Below, piece after piece: positions 34,136 to 46,801 of a DNA stretch of 64,000 bases (positions are counted from its first letter, which is position 1; the number at the start of each line of letters is the position of its first letter). The notes below the pieces were generated by a model that was given only the letters and a program-made list of their open reading frames with translations, searched no databases and was not told the DNA's origin. Location: assembly GCA_002189035.1 (NCBI GenBank), contig NEEC01000009.1, positions 1,054,001 through 1,118,000 on the forward strand, written 5' to 3'. A program made the translations under genes and the position numbers. This DNA is from Utricularia gibba (Eukaryota; Plantae; Magnoliophyta).

Positions 34136-37100
34136 ATGCTTAATTTTAATGGGAAATGGGTCGGGAGGATTTCGTCCAGCTTGCGTTACAAGGTTTGTTT
34201 TTTTCTCCTTCTGCTGATGCTCAATGTGAAACCTTCTCCATGGCTTGTTGTGAAAGTTTTTTAAACGTGTCTGAGCTCTTGTTATGGGTCTTATAATTTT
34301 TTGTGAAGTGCATTACATACTGTTGCTACATTCGCTTTACATTATTGGTGCAAGTTATTGTTTCGGAAGTGCTGGTAAACTTGAATGATCAATTTTTGTG
34401 GAATTTTGTGATGATTCCATGTGACTTTCAGTGGAGCATCGTCAAATTTAATTTTTTTCTGGTTAGATTGAGGTCGCTCTTGCTGGAACAAATTTATGCT
34501 CTTGCATGCATCATTTATGCTGTCATGATGGCGCATTTGGTCTATATATCTTCTGACTATTAAATTTTCAACAGCTCTTTAGACAAAAGGCTTTCTCCAG
34601 CAGCAGACCCTGTGATGTTGGACAGCCAACGTCTAGTACTCATCCGCATGTACTCTACTGGATGGACAATCTAATATATTATTTCCTCTATTCATTGGTT
34701 TTCCGTCCCTTAATTCATCCTGAACTACCTGTTTTACTGATATTCTAGTTGCTGAAAGAAGGGGAGGTTACTCCTGGTTTAAGCAGTGATGAGTACATAT
34801 GGAGGAGGAAAAAGTTGTTGGAACTTCTTCCTGAGAACGCTTTGGCAATAGTTGCATCAGCACCGGTTAAAATGATGACAGATGTTGTCCCATATAATTA
34901 TCGTCAAGATGCCGACTACCTCTACATCACTGGTTGCCAACAGCCTGGTGGTATTGCAGTTTTAGGTCACCACTGTGGGTTATGTATGTTCATGCCTGAG
35001 GCGAGCCCCTATGTAAGCAAAATATTTTTCAGGAAGTTCTTGAAGCGTTGTTAGTCAAAAGGACTAAATCACTTTTCAAGGAGTGAATGTAGAATCAATT
35101 TCTTTTGACATGTAATATGGTAAAATTCCAAAAAATTTTCAGGATGTTATATGGCAAGGTGTGGTTGCTGGTGTTGATGTTGCTCTAAATACATTCATGG
35201 CTGACGAAGCATATCCAAGAAGGTCACTGAATAAGGTCAATGCAAGATTACACTGCTAATTCGGTACCAGCGGTATCATTTTGTACATCATATAACCATG
35301 TCAGGGGTATCTTAAGCTTCATGTGCCATTTTGGTAAAGGTGCCTGCCTTTTTTCAACATGAGTTTATGATTTTCTAGGACGTTGCAGCATCTGGAATAT
35401 TGGTTCTCTAGAAATAATATATCCCGCTTTGTCATTGGAATATGCTAAAACTAAATGATTTACCTACATACTTTCTTATTGGTTTTAAAGCAACGAATAT
35501 GCTGTAGCCTTGAATGTCGACTCTTGAGTAGTTTTCATGGCGTTTTTTTCAGATACTATCAAGGATGATAGAAAGCTCCTCTCAAATATTCCATAATTTG
35601 AATTCATCATGTGATAGCTATATGAACTTGGAGGCATTTCAGAAAGCAGCCAGTGCTGGAAATGTTAAGGATTTTTCAGTGTATAGTCACGAAGCAAGAT
35701 GGATAAAGTCAGAAGCCGAGCTTAATTTGATAAGGAGTTCTGCATCTATAGCCTGTCAGGTTTGTTCTCAAGCCTTTTCTTTGTCTTCATTCTATGCATA
35801 ATTTGGATCTTTTGTGCTAATTAGGCTCTTCTGCAAACAATGTTGCTTTCAAAATCATTTCCTAATGAAGGTATCCTGGCAGCTAAGTTCGAATATGAAT
35901 GCAAAATGAGGGTGTGCAGAGAATGGCGTAAGTGTTCCATTCATGAGAATTTTATTCTAAATATATTAATGCAGCTGCAACAAATGCACTGGGTTCTTGA
36001 TTTCAGAAAACAATACGAAATGATGGAGCAAACAATTGATTAAATAATTTTAAAACCAGTAATCTAGTTTTTGGGTAGCTTAGCCTTGTGCTGAACATTC
36101 TAAAGCTTTTAATGTACACTACATTTGATGTTGCTGCCCAGCAAGGCGTCGATTGTTATGTGTAGGAATTTTATTGGATGTTTTTTGCACAGCTTCAATC
36201 CTGTAGTTGGTGGGGGACCTAATAGCAGCGTCATACATTATTCAAGGAATGATCAGAGGGTTGAGTCTTTTCTAGCATCACCCTTTTGTTTTCAAATCAA
36301 ATGTTATCTTCTGAGTACAGATTATCAATGGAAATTATGTCATTATTTATATTTCTTTACAGATACAGGATGGCGACCTTGTTCTAATGGATGTTGGCTG
36401 TGAGCTTCATGGTTATGTTAGCGATCTCACTCGTACTTGGCCACCATGTGGTAGATTTTCATCACTTCAGGTATGGAGATGTCATGCTCTACAAAAGGCT
36501 GATATTTGTAGCTGATAGCATGGAAGATAAACGATACTGTTTCTGCACTCATGAATAACATTGTGGAATCAGTAGCTCCTCCCAGACGTTCCATTTCATT
36601 TTGCAATAATGTTTCAGGAAGAACTCTATTGTCTCGTGTTGGAAACCAACGAAGAATGCTTGAAGCTTTGCAGACCCGGCACAAGTATCCGAGAAATACA
36701 CAACTACTCGGTAACCTCAGAACCATAAAATTCTTTCTCTGATGGAGTGTTTTGGCTGCATTTGCTCTGCCCCTCATGGTCTTTTGGATCATTATGTGTT
36801 GTCTTTTGATAATATCATTGGAAGGTTGGGAAGCTACAGAAGGGATTCAAAGAACTTGGATTGTTAAGAAGCGATCCCCACAGTTACAATTTGCTTAATC
36901 CTACCAATATAGGTTACTTAAAATCTTTTATCTTTTTTCACACATTCTGCTTGGTTGATCAGACTCCTGTACTGAATCTCGTAGTTCAGGTCACTTTCTT
37001 GGAATGGATGTTCATGACTGTTCAAAGATTGGCTATGATCGCCCTCTCAGGCCCGGTGTGGTAAGTGTATTTCCTCACTATGCAAGGGCTCTCATGAATC

Positions 37101-37583
37101 CACTGCATTCCTCCCTAGTTTCTTCATATGCTGTATTTCGTGAGCAGGTATTAACCATCGAACCAGGCGTCTACATCCCTCTAAATTATGATGTTCCAGA
37201 AAGGTACTTCTAACTCCTTGGTAGCACAGTGAGTCAGTCAGTCCCCAAACAACGTGATTCTCTGTCTTTTCTTCTCCACGCTTTCTTCATGCTAAGAAGT
37301 AACTAGCTTCTAAGCATGATGGACCAAGTACTGAAATGAAATGCAGGTATCGAGGCCTAGGAATAAGGATAGAAGATGAAGTTCTGATCACTGAATCCGG
37401 ATACGAGGTACATTTCTTCCTTTCGTTACTCAAAACCTTCTGAACTTCCTACCCATGAGGCAGTTTTCCCTCCCACTCTAGGTGCTCACTGCTTCAGTTC
37501 CAAAGTCACCAAAGCACCTCGAGTCACTGCTCACCAATCTGAGCACCGGGGCACAGCATTGCACCCCCGGAGCAGCCCCCTGA
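34136..37583 (+). CDS. ICP55: Mitochondrial intermediate cleaving peptidase 55 (M24B aminopeptidase P family); two apparent 1-nt indels
   Basis: DVGQPT, ASAPVKMMTDVVPYNYRQDADYLYITGC, FNPVVGGG...HYSRND, LMDVGCELHGYVSDLTRTWPP, GMDVHD, TIEPGVYIP, GIRIEDEVLITE; splice phase breaks at 34578-34581 and 35910-35912; start codon inferred. Confidence 0.9.
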
Positions 37584-38626
37584 AACGAATCCATCCAGTG
37601 AGGAGTAGAGGCAAGGTAGTTCTTCTTCATTTCTCTTGTAGTTCCCATTTCCATTGAAACTGAGATCCCCTCCATTTTAATGTCGACTCCGAAGTTCTTC
37701 AACACTACAAGATGCATACTTTTTCGAAATCTCTGGTACCCGCGGCAGCCCAGACGGCCCCCATGCCGTGGGGCTACATGGGTGGCGCCTCACAGGCGAC
37801 ACAGTCGGTGGTTTCTGACGGTGGTGTCGCCGGTTTCGCGCGGAGTCAGACCACGGGATGGTACCGTGTCTGCCCAACATCTCTGCGGTCTGGCCATTTG
37901 TAGGACACCGGGACGCTGCAGCTGATCTCCTCGTTTCTCGCGTGTCCAGTAACTGCACGCCACGTGCGCGTAAAATAAAAAAAGGTCTAAAATCAGTCCT
38001 AAACATTTATAATAATTATTATAAATGATTTATTTGCTTTTATTAAAAGACTGAATTAAACTTTTGCATCTCAAAATTAATATCTATTATACAAATACAA
38101 AAAAACTGTAAATCATTTATATATGCTATTCATGATTTAATAACATCTTCAAATTGCGATTTAATTGTTCATTTAAAAAAAATCAAAATGATCAACTTAG
38201 ACATTGATTTTTCAATGGGATTTTGGACCAGACCATGTGAGTATGTATTATTAAATTGGGTCTTTTAATTGTATGATAAAAATGAGTATCGTATACATAA
38301 AATTTTGATCTTAATGTTGAGAAATGACCACATACTATAATATCATTTCGGTTTCTGTCTCGTGTGTCGGGCCAGTTAGGGGTTTCTACGTGATTGGATG
38401 GTCGGTGTCGTTTCGCTGTTTGGATTAGTGAGAATTGGTACTTGAAGTGTGCACGTTTTAAGGAAGCTGCACTGCACCCGATGAGGTCCATCGCACGTGA
38501 AAGAACGTTCTTAGGAAATGACCACAAACGAGCACAAAAAAATGTCTACTTTTTTTCGTCTATATATCACATGGCTTGCTCTGCGAATCCGGCCCATTCA
38601 GCTTCGTGTTCGTCTTCCCCGGCAAG

Positions 38627-39091
38627 ATGTCTCAGATTACCGACGAGATAAGGGCTGCCGCGGAGGTCTACTCCGGCGATGCCCTGTGCCAGGAGAAGTC
38701 GAAGGCTCTGCTCACCGAAATGGGCCTTCCGAACGGGCTCCTCCCGATGAAGGACATGGAGGAAGCTGGACACGTCAAGGAGACCGGATTCGTGTGGCTC
38801 ATTCAGAAGCAGAAGTCGCAGCACAAGTTCGAGAAGATCGGGAAACTTGTCCAGTACGCTAAAGAGGTTACCGGAGTTATCGAGAAAGGTAAGATCAAGA
38901 AGCTCACCGGCGTTAAGAGCAAGGAGCTTCTCATTTGGGCTAATCTCAGTGAAATCGAAGTGAGCGACTCGTCTCCAGATAAAATCATCTTCAGAACCCC
39001 CGCCGGGTTGTTCCGCACCTTTCCCGTCGACGCGTTCCGCCTCGAGGGGGAGACTGTCGCCGCTGCTGAGGAAGTCCTCGTGAAGTCGTGA
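38627..39091 (+). CDS. DUF538 family protein
   Basis: LLTEMGLPNGLLP, TGFVWL, IGKLVQYAKEVTG, KIKKLTGVKSKELLIW, RTFPVDAF; intronless. Confidence 0.92.
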   Translation: MSQITDEIRAAAEVYSGDALCQEKSKALLTEMGLPNGLLPMKDMEEAGHVKETGFVWLIQKQKSQHKFEKIGKLVQYAKEVTGVIEKGKIKKLTGVKSKELLIWANLSEIEVSDSSPDKIIFRTPAGLFRTFPVDAFRLEGETVAAAEEVLVKS

Positions 39092-39275
39092 AGTGGAAAT
39101 CCGCCGGCGGCCGCCCAAGTCGAGAATTATGTATCAATAAGACCTGAGTAGAATGCACTGTGATTTTACAGTGACATCACGTTTTCCCCTTGAACCCTAA
39201 TCTCTCTAATTCTGCACACATATTTAACCCATTTGGAAGACGAAAAAGCTTAAAAGACTATTCAGGAATTTGAAT

Positions 39276-41405
39276 ATGAAGTTGGCGAAGACGAGTGCTT
39301 TCTCAGCTGTAAAAGCTTCGAGGATAACGATAACTTGCGGATCTCTGGAGAATCTCTTGTTGCAATGCCACAGTGGCAGCCTGTTCGATCAAACTCTTTG
39401 CCAGGTAATCGTCACCGGACTATTCAAAGATGTTTACGCGGCCAGCCGGATTCTTAAGTTTTCCGCCGATTCACCTTTCGTTCACGCCGACTACTCTCGT
39501 AAGATCTTCTTCAACATCGAGAACCGAAATGGGTTCATTTGGAACACCATGTTTCGAGCAGTTCTGCGAGAAAATGGGATTGAGGAATCCATTTCTCTGT
39601 ACAGATTGATGTTAAGAGATAGCTCCGAGTGCGTAGATAACTATACTTTTCCGATTTTGCTTCAGGGTTGTGCTCTTGGAATGGCTTATTTTAAGGGAAC
39701 GGAGTTGCATGGGCATGTGGTGAAACTGGGATTTGAGAGCGATGTTTATGTTGTCAACAATTTGATCAATATGTATTCCGTGTGTGGAAGTGTAGGTTAT
39801 GCTCGGAAGTTGTTCGATGAAAGTCTTGTACTGGATTCTGTTTCTTGGAATTCAATGCTGGCTGGTTATGTATCAGGAGGGCATGTTGAAGAGGCGAAAT
39901 TGCTCTACGCTCAGATGCCGGTAAAGAATGTGATTGCATCGAATTCGTTGATCGTCCTTCTCGGTAAAGCTGGAAAGATGAACGAAGCGCAGCAGTTGTT
40001 CAGTGAGATGGAGGAGAAAGATTTGGTTTCTTGGACAGCCATGATATCAGGCTACGAGCAGAACGCAATGTACGAGTCTTCTTTGGCAGTATTTTTCAGC
40101 ATGCGTAAGAATGGAATCCGAGTAGACGAAGTTGTAATTGTGTCTGTGCTGTCTGTTTGCTCAAATTTGCAGAGCTTCTACACTGGGAAGCTGGTTCATT
40201 GTTTGGTCATCAAAGTTGGTCTGGAACACTACGTAAATCTGGACAATGCTCTGATTCACATGTATTCCACATGTGGGGACGTTCTTGCTGCAGAGCAGCT
40301 GTTCAGAAATTGTAGTTACTTGGACTTGATATCTTGGAACTCCATGGTATTTGGATATGCCAAGAGCGGTTTGATTGACAAGGCTAGAGATCTGTTTCAT
40401 GCAATGCCTGAGAAGGACATCGTATCTTGGGGCTCCATGATTTCCGGTTACTGTCAGCATGGGATGTTTTCAGAGACGCTGGAGTTGTTTCAGGATATGC
40501 AGTTACAAGGCATTCATCCAGATGAAACCATACTTGTCAGCGTCATCTCAGCATGTGCTGAACTTTCAGCTTTAGGTCGAGGCAAGTGGATAGATGCATA
40601 CATAAGGAAGAACAAGGTGAAGGTGAACCCAATTCTCGGCACCACTCTCATTGACATGTATATGAAGTGCGGGAGTGTGGGTAATGCTATGGAGGTTTTC
40701 TGGGGGATGGAGGAAAGGGGGGTTTCCTCTTGGAACGCTGTAATTCTTGGGCTGGCCATGAATGGGCACGTTGAAGCATCACTGGGCATGTTTGAGCAGA
40801 TGAAGGAATATGGTGCTGTTCCTAATGAGATAACCTTCGTAGCAGTTCTCGGGTCTTGCAGGCACAACGGCCTGGTCAAGGAGGGGCTGAAGTACTTCGA
40901 TTTGATGAGTGAATACAACATAAAACCGAATCTCAAGCACTACGGATGTGTTGTTGATCTTCTCGGGCGGAGGGGGCTGCTCAAGGAGGCGGAGGAACTA
41001 ATCGAGAGTATGCCTCTGGAGCCAGACGAAATGACACTGGGCGCTCTCCTTGGAGCTTGCACACAGCATGGTGATAGGGAAATCGGAGAAAGAATAGGCA
41101 GGAAGCTGATACAACTTCGGCCTGAGAACGATGGATTCCATGTGATGCTGTCCAACATCTATGCTTCACACGGACGATGGGCTGATGTCCGGGAGATCAG
41201 AGGAAACATGATGAGACAAGGTGTTGTTAAAACTCCAGGATGCAGCATACTTGAAGAAAATGGTGTTTTTCATGAATTTCTTTCCGGAGGCCAATCTCAT
41301 CCTCAAATTCAGGAAATAGAGATGATGCTCCACCAAATTTACCGGTGTTCCAAGGACACGCCGGTTACAGATAAACTCTTGCCATTCTCCGAGGATGATT
41401 CATGA
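39276..41405 (+). CDS. PLS-class pentatricopeptide repeat protein with E/E+ domain, no DYW
   Basis: Repeated DLVSWNSM/DIVSWGSM motifs, HYGCVVDLLGRRG, LGALLGACTQHG, HVMLSNIYAS, KTPGCSILE; stop shortly after HPQIQEI. Confidence 0.92.
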   Translation: MKLAKTSAFSAVKASRITITCGSLENLLLQCHSGSLFDQTLCQVIVTGLFKDVYAASRILKFSADSPFVHADYSRKIFFNIENRNGFIWNTMFRAVLRENGIEESISLYRLMLRDSSECVDNYTFPILLQGCALGMAYFKGTELHGHVVKLGFESDVYVVNNLINMYSVCGSVGYARKLFDESLVLDSVSWNSMLAGYVSGGHVEEAKLLYAQMPVKNVIASNSLIVLLGKAGKMNEAQQLFSEMEEKDLVSWTAMISGYEQNAMYESSLAVFFSMRKNGIRVDEVVIVSVLSVCSNLQSFYTGKLVHCLVIKVGLEHYVNLDNALIHMYSTCGDVLAAEQLFRNCSYLDLISWNSMVFGYAKSGLIDKARDLFHAMPEKDIVSWGSMISGYCQHGMFSETLELFQDMQLQGIHPDETILVSVISACAELSALGRGKWIDAYIRKNKVKVNPILGTTLIDMYMKCGSVGNAMEVFWGMEERGVSSWNAVILGLAMNGHVEASLGMFEQMKEYGAVPNEITFVAVLGSCRHNGLVKEGLKYFDLMSEYNIKPNLKHYGCVVDLLGRRGLLKEAEELIESMPLEPDEMTLGALLGACTQHGDREIGERIGRKLIQLRPENDGFHVMLSNIYASHGRWADVREIRGNMMRQGVVKTPGCSILEENGVFHEFLSGGQSHPQIQEIEMMLHQIYRCSKDTPVTDKLLPFSEDDS

Positions 41406-41489
41406 ACTAACCCCTTGAGAGTTCAGAAACATGATCTAGGAGCTCAGGGCCTGAAAATTGGGACAAAAATAGGAATTGGCGGGTCAAAT

Positions 41490-42330
41490 TTTCAGAATAT
41501 AACCAGGCCAAGTGTTGACAACTCATGATCCTGCTTGAAACTCGTCTGATCGAGTAAGCGTACGGAGCCTTTATAAGGATGTGATAGCAAGTCTTTTAAG
41601 GTCCATTTGCTCTCTATCTTCAAGCCAGAAAGTGCAGCTCCGATGATCATGAATCCCACTCGAAAACTGGGGAATGCATACATGAAGGCGTTCCACACAC
41701 CTGCATGAAGCACCAATGTACCAGACATTTAAGGAGTTTTACCCTGCCGCATTTGCCCAGGAGCAGCTCTTCAGAAAACACATTTTCAAGATAACTAGCC
41801 GAGTAAAGCGCCAGTGTAGTCAAAGAAGCCAGGTTTGGGGCATGAAATCTCCCAAGAGTCAAAGCGAATGTTGAAGATCTGCCACCTTCCACAACTACCA
41901 CCTGCTGATGTTCTTCTGAGAAAACTGGGAATTGCTGTTAGCATGATTGCGTATGCTTCTGGCCCATTTCCAGCATAATATTTATGATAACGTCCATGCT
42001 GCTGATGCATAGGATGAAAGCTTAAATCTTTTGGGCCAAGTTGGTAATTTGCACATGTACATCTCTTCTTGCTCGTTGATCAAGAGACAGTCTCAAATGG
42101 CGTTCGCAGCATCCGTCCCTCTTGGAAGTGGTTGCTTCTTTGTCTCAAAAGCATGGGATTTGTGCGGTCAAATAGAATGAATATGCCTCCATTTTACATG
42201 GTTGGTATTGATAAAGACTTGAGCTTCCCCTCTCCTTGTACAACGTCAGTAGGCATGAATCAAGTAATACGGCTTACCAACCTGTCGGCGATCGCTGTCA
42301 TTCACCGACTCCGGTCAATCTCCACCGAGA
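41490..42330 (-). pseudogene. Possible decayed F-box/LRR (FBD-associated type) gene fragment
   Basis: Broken ORFs; joining two frames across a 1-nt gap near 41825-41850 gives FHAPNLAS-FDYTG, matching the (I/S)APNLxSFxYxG motif of these proteins; no intact F-box found. Confidence 0.4.
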
Positions 42331-43012
42331 ATCCCCAGATCCACCTAAACCGCTGAACGGTTGAGAAGGCTTGGGGGCCATGACCCCACCTACCATTGAG
42401 TCTACAACTCTTGCCCCAGATCCGCATGTGACCACGCTTGCCTTTTGTTATACGGATCCCGTTCTCGTTCTATAAGTAGAGGCCATCTTCAACCAGAGAG
42501 AAATTGCAAAGACTCTAGGGGCATTTCCTGGATCGCCGTAGCCATAAAGGTCGCTGTTTTCTTTCGTAAAGGTATGAGTCTGGTAAATTCTGTTTGCATT
42601 CTGGGTTAAGCTCGCTGTCGGTGGTAAATTCTCCTTCTGGGAAGTTGTCTTTTGATTCTGTTCTTCGTATAGCGTTTGCTAGTTTCTCAGTTGTCAAATC
42701 CACGGATCCCGCCGCCGTTAATGAGACTTGTTGAGACTCTGATCTTACCCTGAAATGGATCTACAACGATTCCACGGATATTCTTAACCTTGTCCCTTGA
42801 ACATTCTTCTGCCACTATGCTGCTGATCTGGTGCTGAACTGCTAGATCCTTAGTTTTTGAAATCTGTGGTGCTGGATCTACGCATGACCTTGCCCAATAT
42901 CATTCTTTCTCTTTTATTGCCACTGATCTGGTGCTTTTCTCAATATTGGTACCTTTAACGTTCCAGAATGTTCGTTGATGATGATGGATTTTGAACATTG
43001 CAGGGCAAGGAA

Positions 43013-44193
43013 ATGGAGACCTTCTTGTTCACCTCTGAGTCCGTGAACGAGGGACACCCCGACAAGCTCTGTGATCAGATCTCTGATGCAGTGCTTGATG
43101 CTTGCCTGGAACAGGACCCCGAAAGTAAGGTTGCATGTGAGACTTGCACCAAGACCAACCTTGTCATGGTTTTTGGTGAGATCACAACTAAGGCCAAGAT
43201 CGATTATGAGAAAATCGTGAGAGACACATGCCGTGGCATCGGATTTACGTCTGATGATGTTGGTCTCGATGCTGATAAATGCAAGGTTCTTGTCAACATT
43301 GAGCAGCAGAGCCCTGATATCGCTCAAGGTGTCCATGGTCACTTGACTAAGCGTCCAGAGGAGATTGGAGCTGGTGATCAAGGCCACATGTTTGGCTACG
43401 CCACTGATGAAACCCCGGAGTACATGCCCCTGAGCCATGTGCTTGCTACCAAATTAGGCGCCCGTCTCACTGAAGTGCGCAAGAATGGAACTTGCGCCTG
43501 GTTGAGGCCTGATGGGAAAACCCAGGTGACTGTGGAGTACTACAATGACAATGGAGCCATGGTTCCTGTTCGAGTCCACACAATCTTGATCTCAACTCAG
43601 CATGATGAGACCGTCACCAACGATGAGATCGCCAGGGATCTGAAAGAGCATGTCATCAAGCCCGTCATCCCGGAGAAATACCTTGATGAGAAAACAATCT
43701 TCCACCTCAACCCCTCCGGCCGGTTTGTCATTGGTGGACCTCATGGTGATGCAGGTCTCACCGGCCGGAAGATCATTATTGACACCTATGGTGGCTGGGT
43801 GCCCACGGTGGCGGTGCTTTCTCAGGCAAGGACCCTACTAAGGTTGACCGCAGTGGTGCATACATCGTCAGACAAGCTGCAAAGAGCATTGTAGCCAATG
43901 GCCTTGCTCGTCGTTGCATCGTTCAAGTGTCGTATGCCATTGGTGTGCCTGAGCCATTATCTGTTTTTGTTGACACCTACAAAACAGGGAAGATCCCAGA
44001 TAAGGAGATTCTGAAGATTGTCAAGGAAAACTTCGATTTTCGGCCTGGTATGATCTCAATCAACCTCGATCTGAAGAGGGGCGGCAATTCAAGGTTCCTG
44101 AAGACAGCAGCCTATGGCCATTTTGGTAGGGATGACCCCGACTTCACCTGGGAGATAGTTAAGCCTCTCAAATGGGAGAACCCCCAGGACTGA
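43013..44193 (+). CDS. SAMS: S-adenosylmethionine synthetase; apparent 1-nt deletion at 43797-43799
   Basis: [28 protein letters not shown]; adding one G restores [23 protein letters not shown] and runs to [10 protein letters not shown]; 5'UTR intron about 42573-43003. Confidence 0.96.
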
Positions 44194-44476
44194 ATCCACA
44201 TTACAGTTGCTGCCCTACTCCCTGTATCACGTCGCGGGTGACTTTTTTATTTTTTTGTTGTCATTGTTCTGGTTTTCACACCTGGTTTGTAGCTTGTGTG
44301 TTGGTTCCTTGCTTTCTCCTAGAAGAAAACTACCGCTCCTTTACGTGAACCAGAGATCATGAAAGTTCCTTGTACCAAAAACATAACCAGTTCAGCAGAA
44401 TAAAAGCTCCAAAGTTCATCCCTACCAACTCACAATACATCATTGGGCAGAACCAGAAGATACAGATCCTCCTGGT

Positions 44477-45580
44477 CTAATGGTGAGGGCAGAAGGTGAC
44501 CAGGTAGCTCGCACCAGAGCAGGTAGCGATGCTGGTGGGATCATCGTAGGCATATGAGTAGGCTCTGGGGCAGGCGGTTTTGAAAATCTTCGAGTAGGCT
44601 GTCGGTTTGCACGACTGCGGGCTGCCATAGCTACCTGTGCAGCAGTATTTGGGAGAGTTGAAGGCGAAGCAGGCACTCTTGCACGCCACCACCCGCTTTT
44701 GATCCGACGACCGGACCTGAAGCCCCACCGGACACATTGCGTTGAGGTCGGATACGCACCCTGCGTAGCTGCATTTCCCTGCAATAAATAACATATTTGT
44801 CAGAAGGCAAGGCGCCGACCAAGGGAGACGATGTAATGTGAAGCACAGGCTGTGACGACTGAACTGGAATGATGGAAGCTCTTCGGGGAAGACGAAGGAA
44901 ATAGCAGCATCAGAACAGAAGAATGCAGGAGGTTACAATGATGCACCATTCGTGAACTCACTTTCAAGCAATGAATGACAACGAATAGAGGCTGGCCAAC
45001 AGCGACGCGAATATACCACAAAATTAAAGCTTTTCGCGTTGTGTACCTGACCCATGAAACGGTTGGATGGAAATGGCAAGATTATAGCCGTCCACGAGAC
45101 TCACATCGTAGAAATCCTGCTCATTCCCAAGCGTAATCTCAGCCAGAGTCGCAGGTGGAGCACCCCCAAGGCCATTGCAGAAAAGGGCGCCACCGCAGTC
45201 TCCGGTGGCGCAGCTTCCGCGGCCTTGGGCGTTGAAGGAGCAGCCGTGTCGGCCCCAGAGGCGGCCAGACCACCCCGGAGGTAGCTCCAACGTGTACCCC
45301 CTATTCGGAAGCAACTCAAATCCTCCCTTGGCCAGTATCGGCTTCCCACTGCTGGGTTGAATGCCTGGCCACACGGGGTAGCTGCATTTGTTGTACAGAG
45401 TCATCGCCGTACCCGACACCTGAACTGTGAAAACAGCAAAGCGGAGAGCAAAATCTAAAAACAGGGACCTCCAGATTTCCAAGTTCCTGAGTCTTCCCAC
45501 AGAAATGTACCTGAGATTAGGAAGACGAAAACGGCGAGACGGAGGCAGGGAAGAAGAGGCCTCACTGCTCCAAACTCCAT
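44477..45580 (-). CDS. Thaumatin-like (PR-5) protein, 3 exons
   Basis: Signal-peptide exon, [64 protein letters not shown]. Confidence 0.94.
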
Positions 45581-46142
45581 TGCAATAACGATAATGAAAA
45601 GCCAACAACACTGACTGAAAAAACACTCCTGAGATTAGCGTAGCGTGTCCCCTTTTCAAGGCGACTCCACATTCAAACTCAAACCACACCCTGCTCCTGC
45701 TTTCCCTCTCCTCCCTCCCTCACCCCTTGTACGGCTAGTGAAAAAAAAATACTTTCCTTATATTATTTATTTAAAATTAAATTCTAAAAGTAGCATACGA
45801 CTGGTGGGATGTTGTGGAGGAACTTTTAGCATTCTCGGAAGGCGAGTCAAAGCCCTTTCCAAGTATACACTCTTTATTCAAAATTAAATGCACTCTGACT
45901 GGCAAAAGCCCTCTCGTGGGCCCCGCTAGATTCTTTAGTTGCTTTTTGGGCCCCACTCCGACGCTTCCCTCTAAATTAATACAATATTGTTGTATTAATT
46001 TTATAAAAAAATTAATGACGTCAATAAAAAATGGGGAATATTACTGATTTTTTTTTTATATTTTAGGGTAAAAATGATTTTTAATAATTTTGTAAATGAA
46101 AAAAACACGTATGATTAATGAATTAAAAAATAAATGAGGAAA

Positions 46143-46801
46143 TTAGGCTTTGTTGGCACCGGGAAGGTCGATCCACTGGAGCTGAATCTCAACTTCGCCG
46201 GTCTCTACGTTCCTGAGTCGGAGGCAGAGGTCCTGAAGCACCCTACCGTCTTTCCACACGACGGCGCTTTCCTCGGCGAGGCAGTTGGACCGCGACGGCT
46301 GGATCCTCGTGATGACGGTGCCGTTGGGTAAGCCATTGGGGTGCATTTTCAGGGCCTCCATGAAGGGCGCGATGTCGAACTGCGCTTCGCCCATCTTATC
46401 GTCCATGGTGAAGGTGTCGTGATCGTACACCGTCTGCGACATGTGTTTTGATTCACTGGGGGGTCCTCAACCACAGTAATGGAGATTCCTTTGTAAGATC
46501 AGTGAAGGGAAGTGTCACCAGGAAAACGGGATGAGAAGGGTCTGATACCGAGAGTGTCAGATCCTCGTTCCATTCTGGGTTCGTATCCTTTCTGATGACC
46601 CGAGTCTTGAGCCTCTGCAGCCATCGGAATTCCAAGTTCAGTGGGTGCTTAATCCACCGGAGTTCATGGGCCGGAAAAACGAAGGGATACCTGTTTTTCC
46701 ATCTTGACGACAACATAAGGGTCGCTGCTGTTCATATCACGAACGGCGAGATTGACTCCTCTTTTCACTCGAATTCGAAGCAACCCCAACAGATCATTCA
46801 T
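46143..46801 (-). CDS. C2-domain ABA-related (CAR) protein, 3 exons
   Basis: MNDLLGLLRIRVKRGVNLAVRDMNSSDPYVV / LKTRVIRKDTNPEWNEDLTL / TVYDHDTFTMDDKMG...LRLRNVETGEVEIQLQWIDLPG. Confidence 0.94.

Noticed and set aside
37700-37970. GC-rich stretch with several short ORFs and weak hairpins after ICP55
   Set aside because: No protein similarity recognised and no convincing long stem; most simply 3'UTR or regulatory DNA (G-box near 37960).
38567-39118. 183-aa antisense ORF (similar cases at 50306-50863 and 49763-50197)
   Set aside because: Shadow ORFs opposite GC-rich real genes (DUF538, GDSL).
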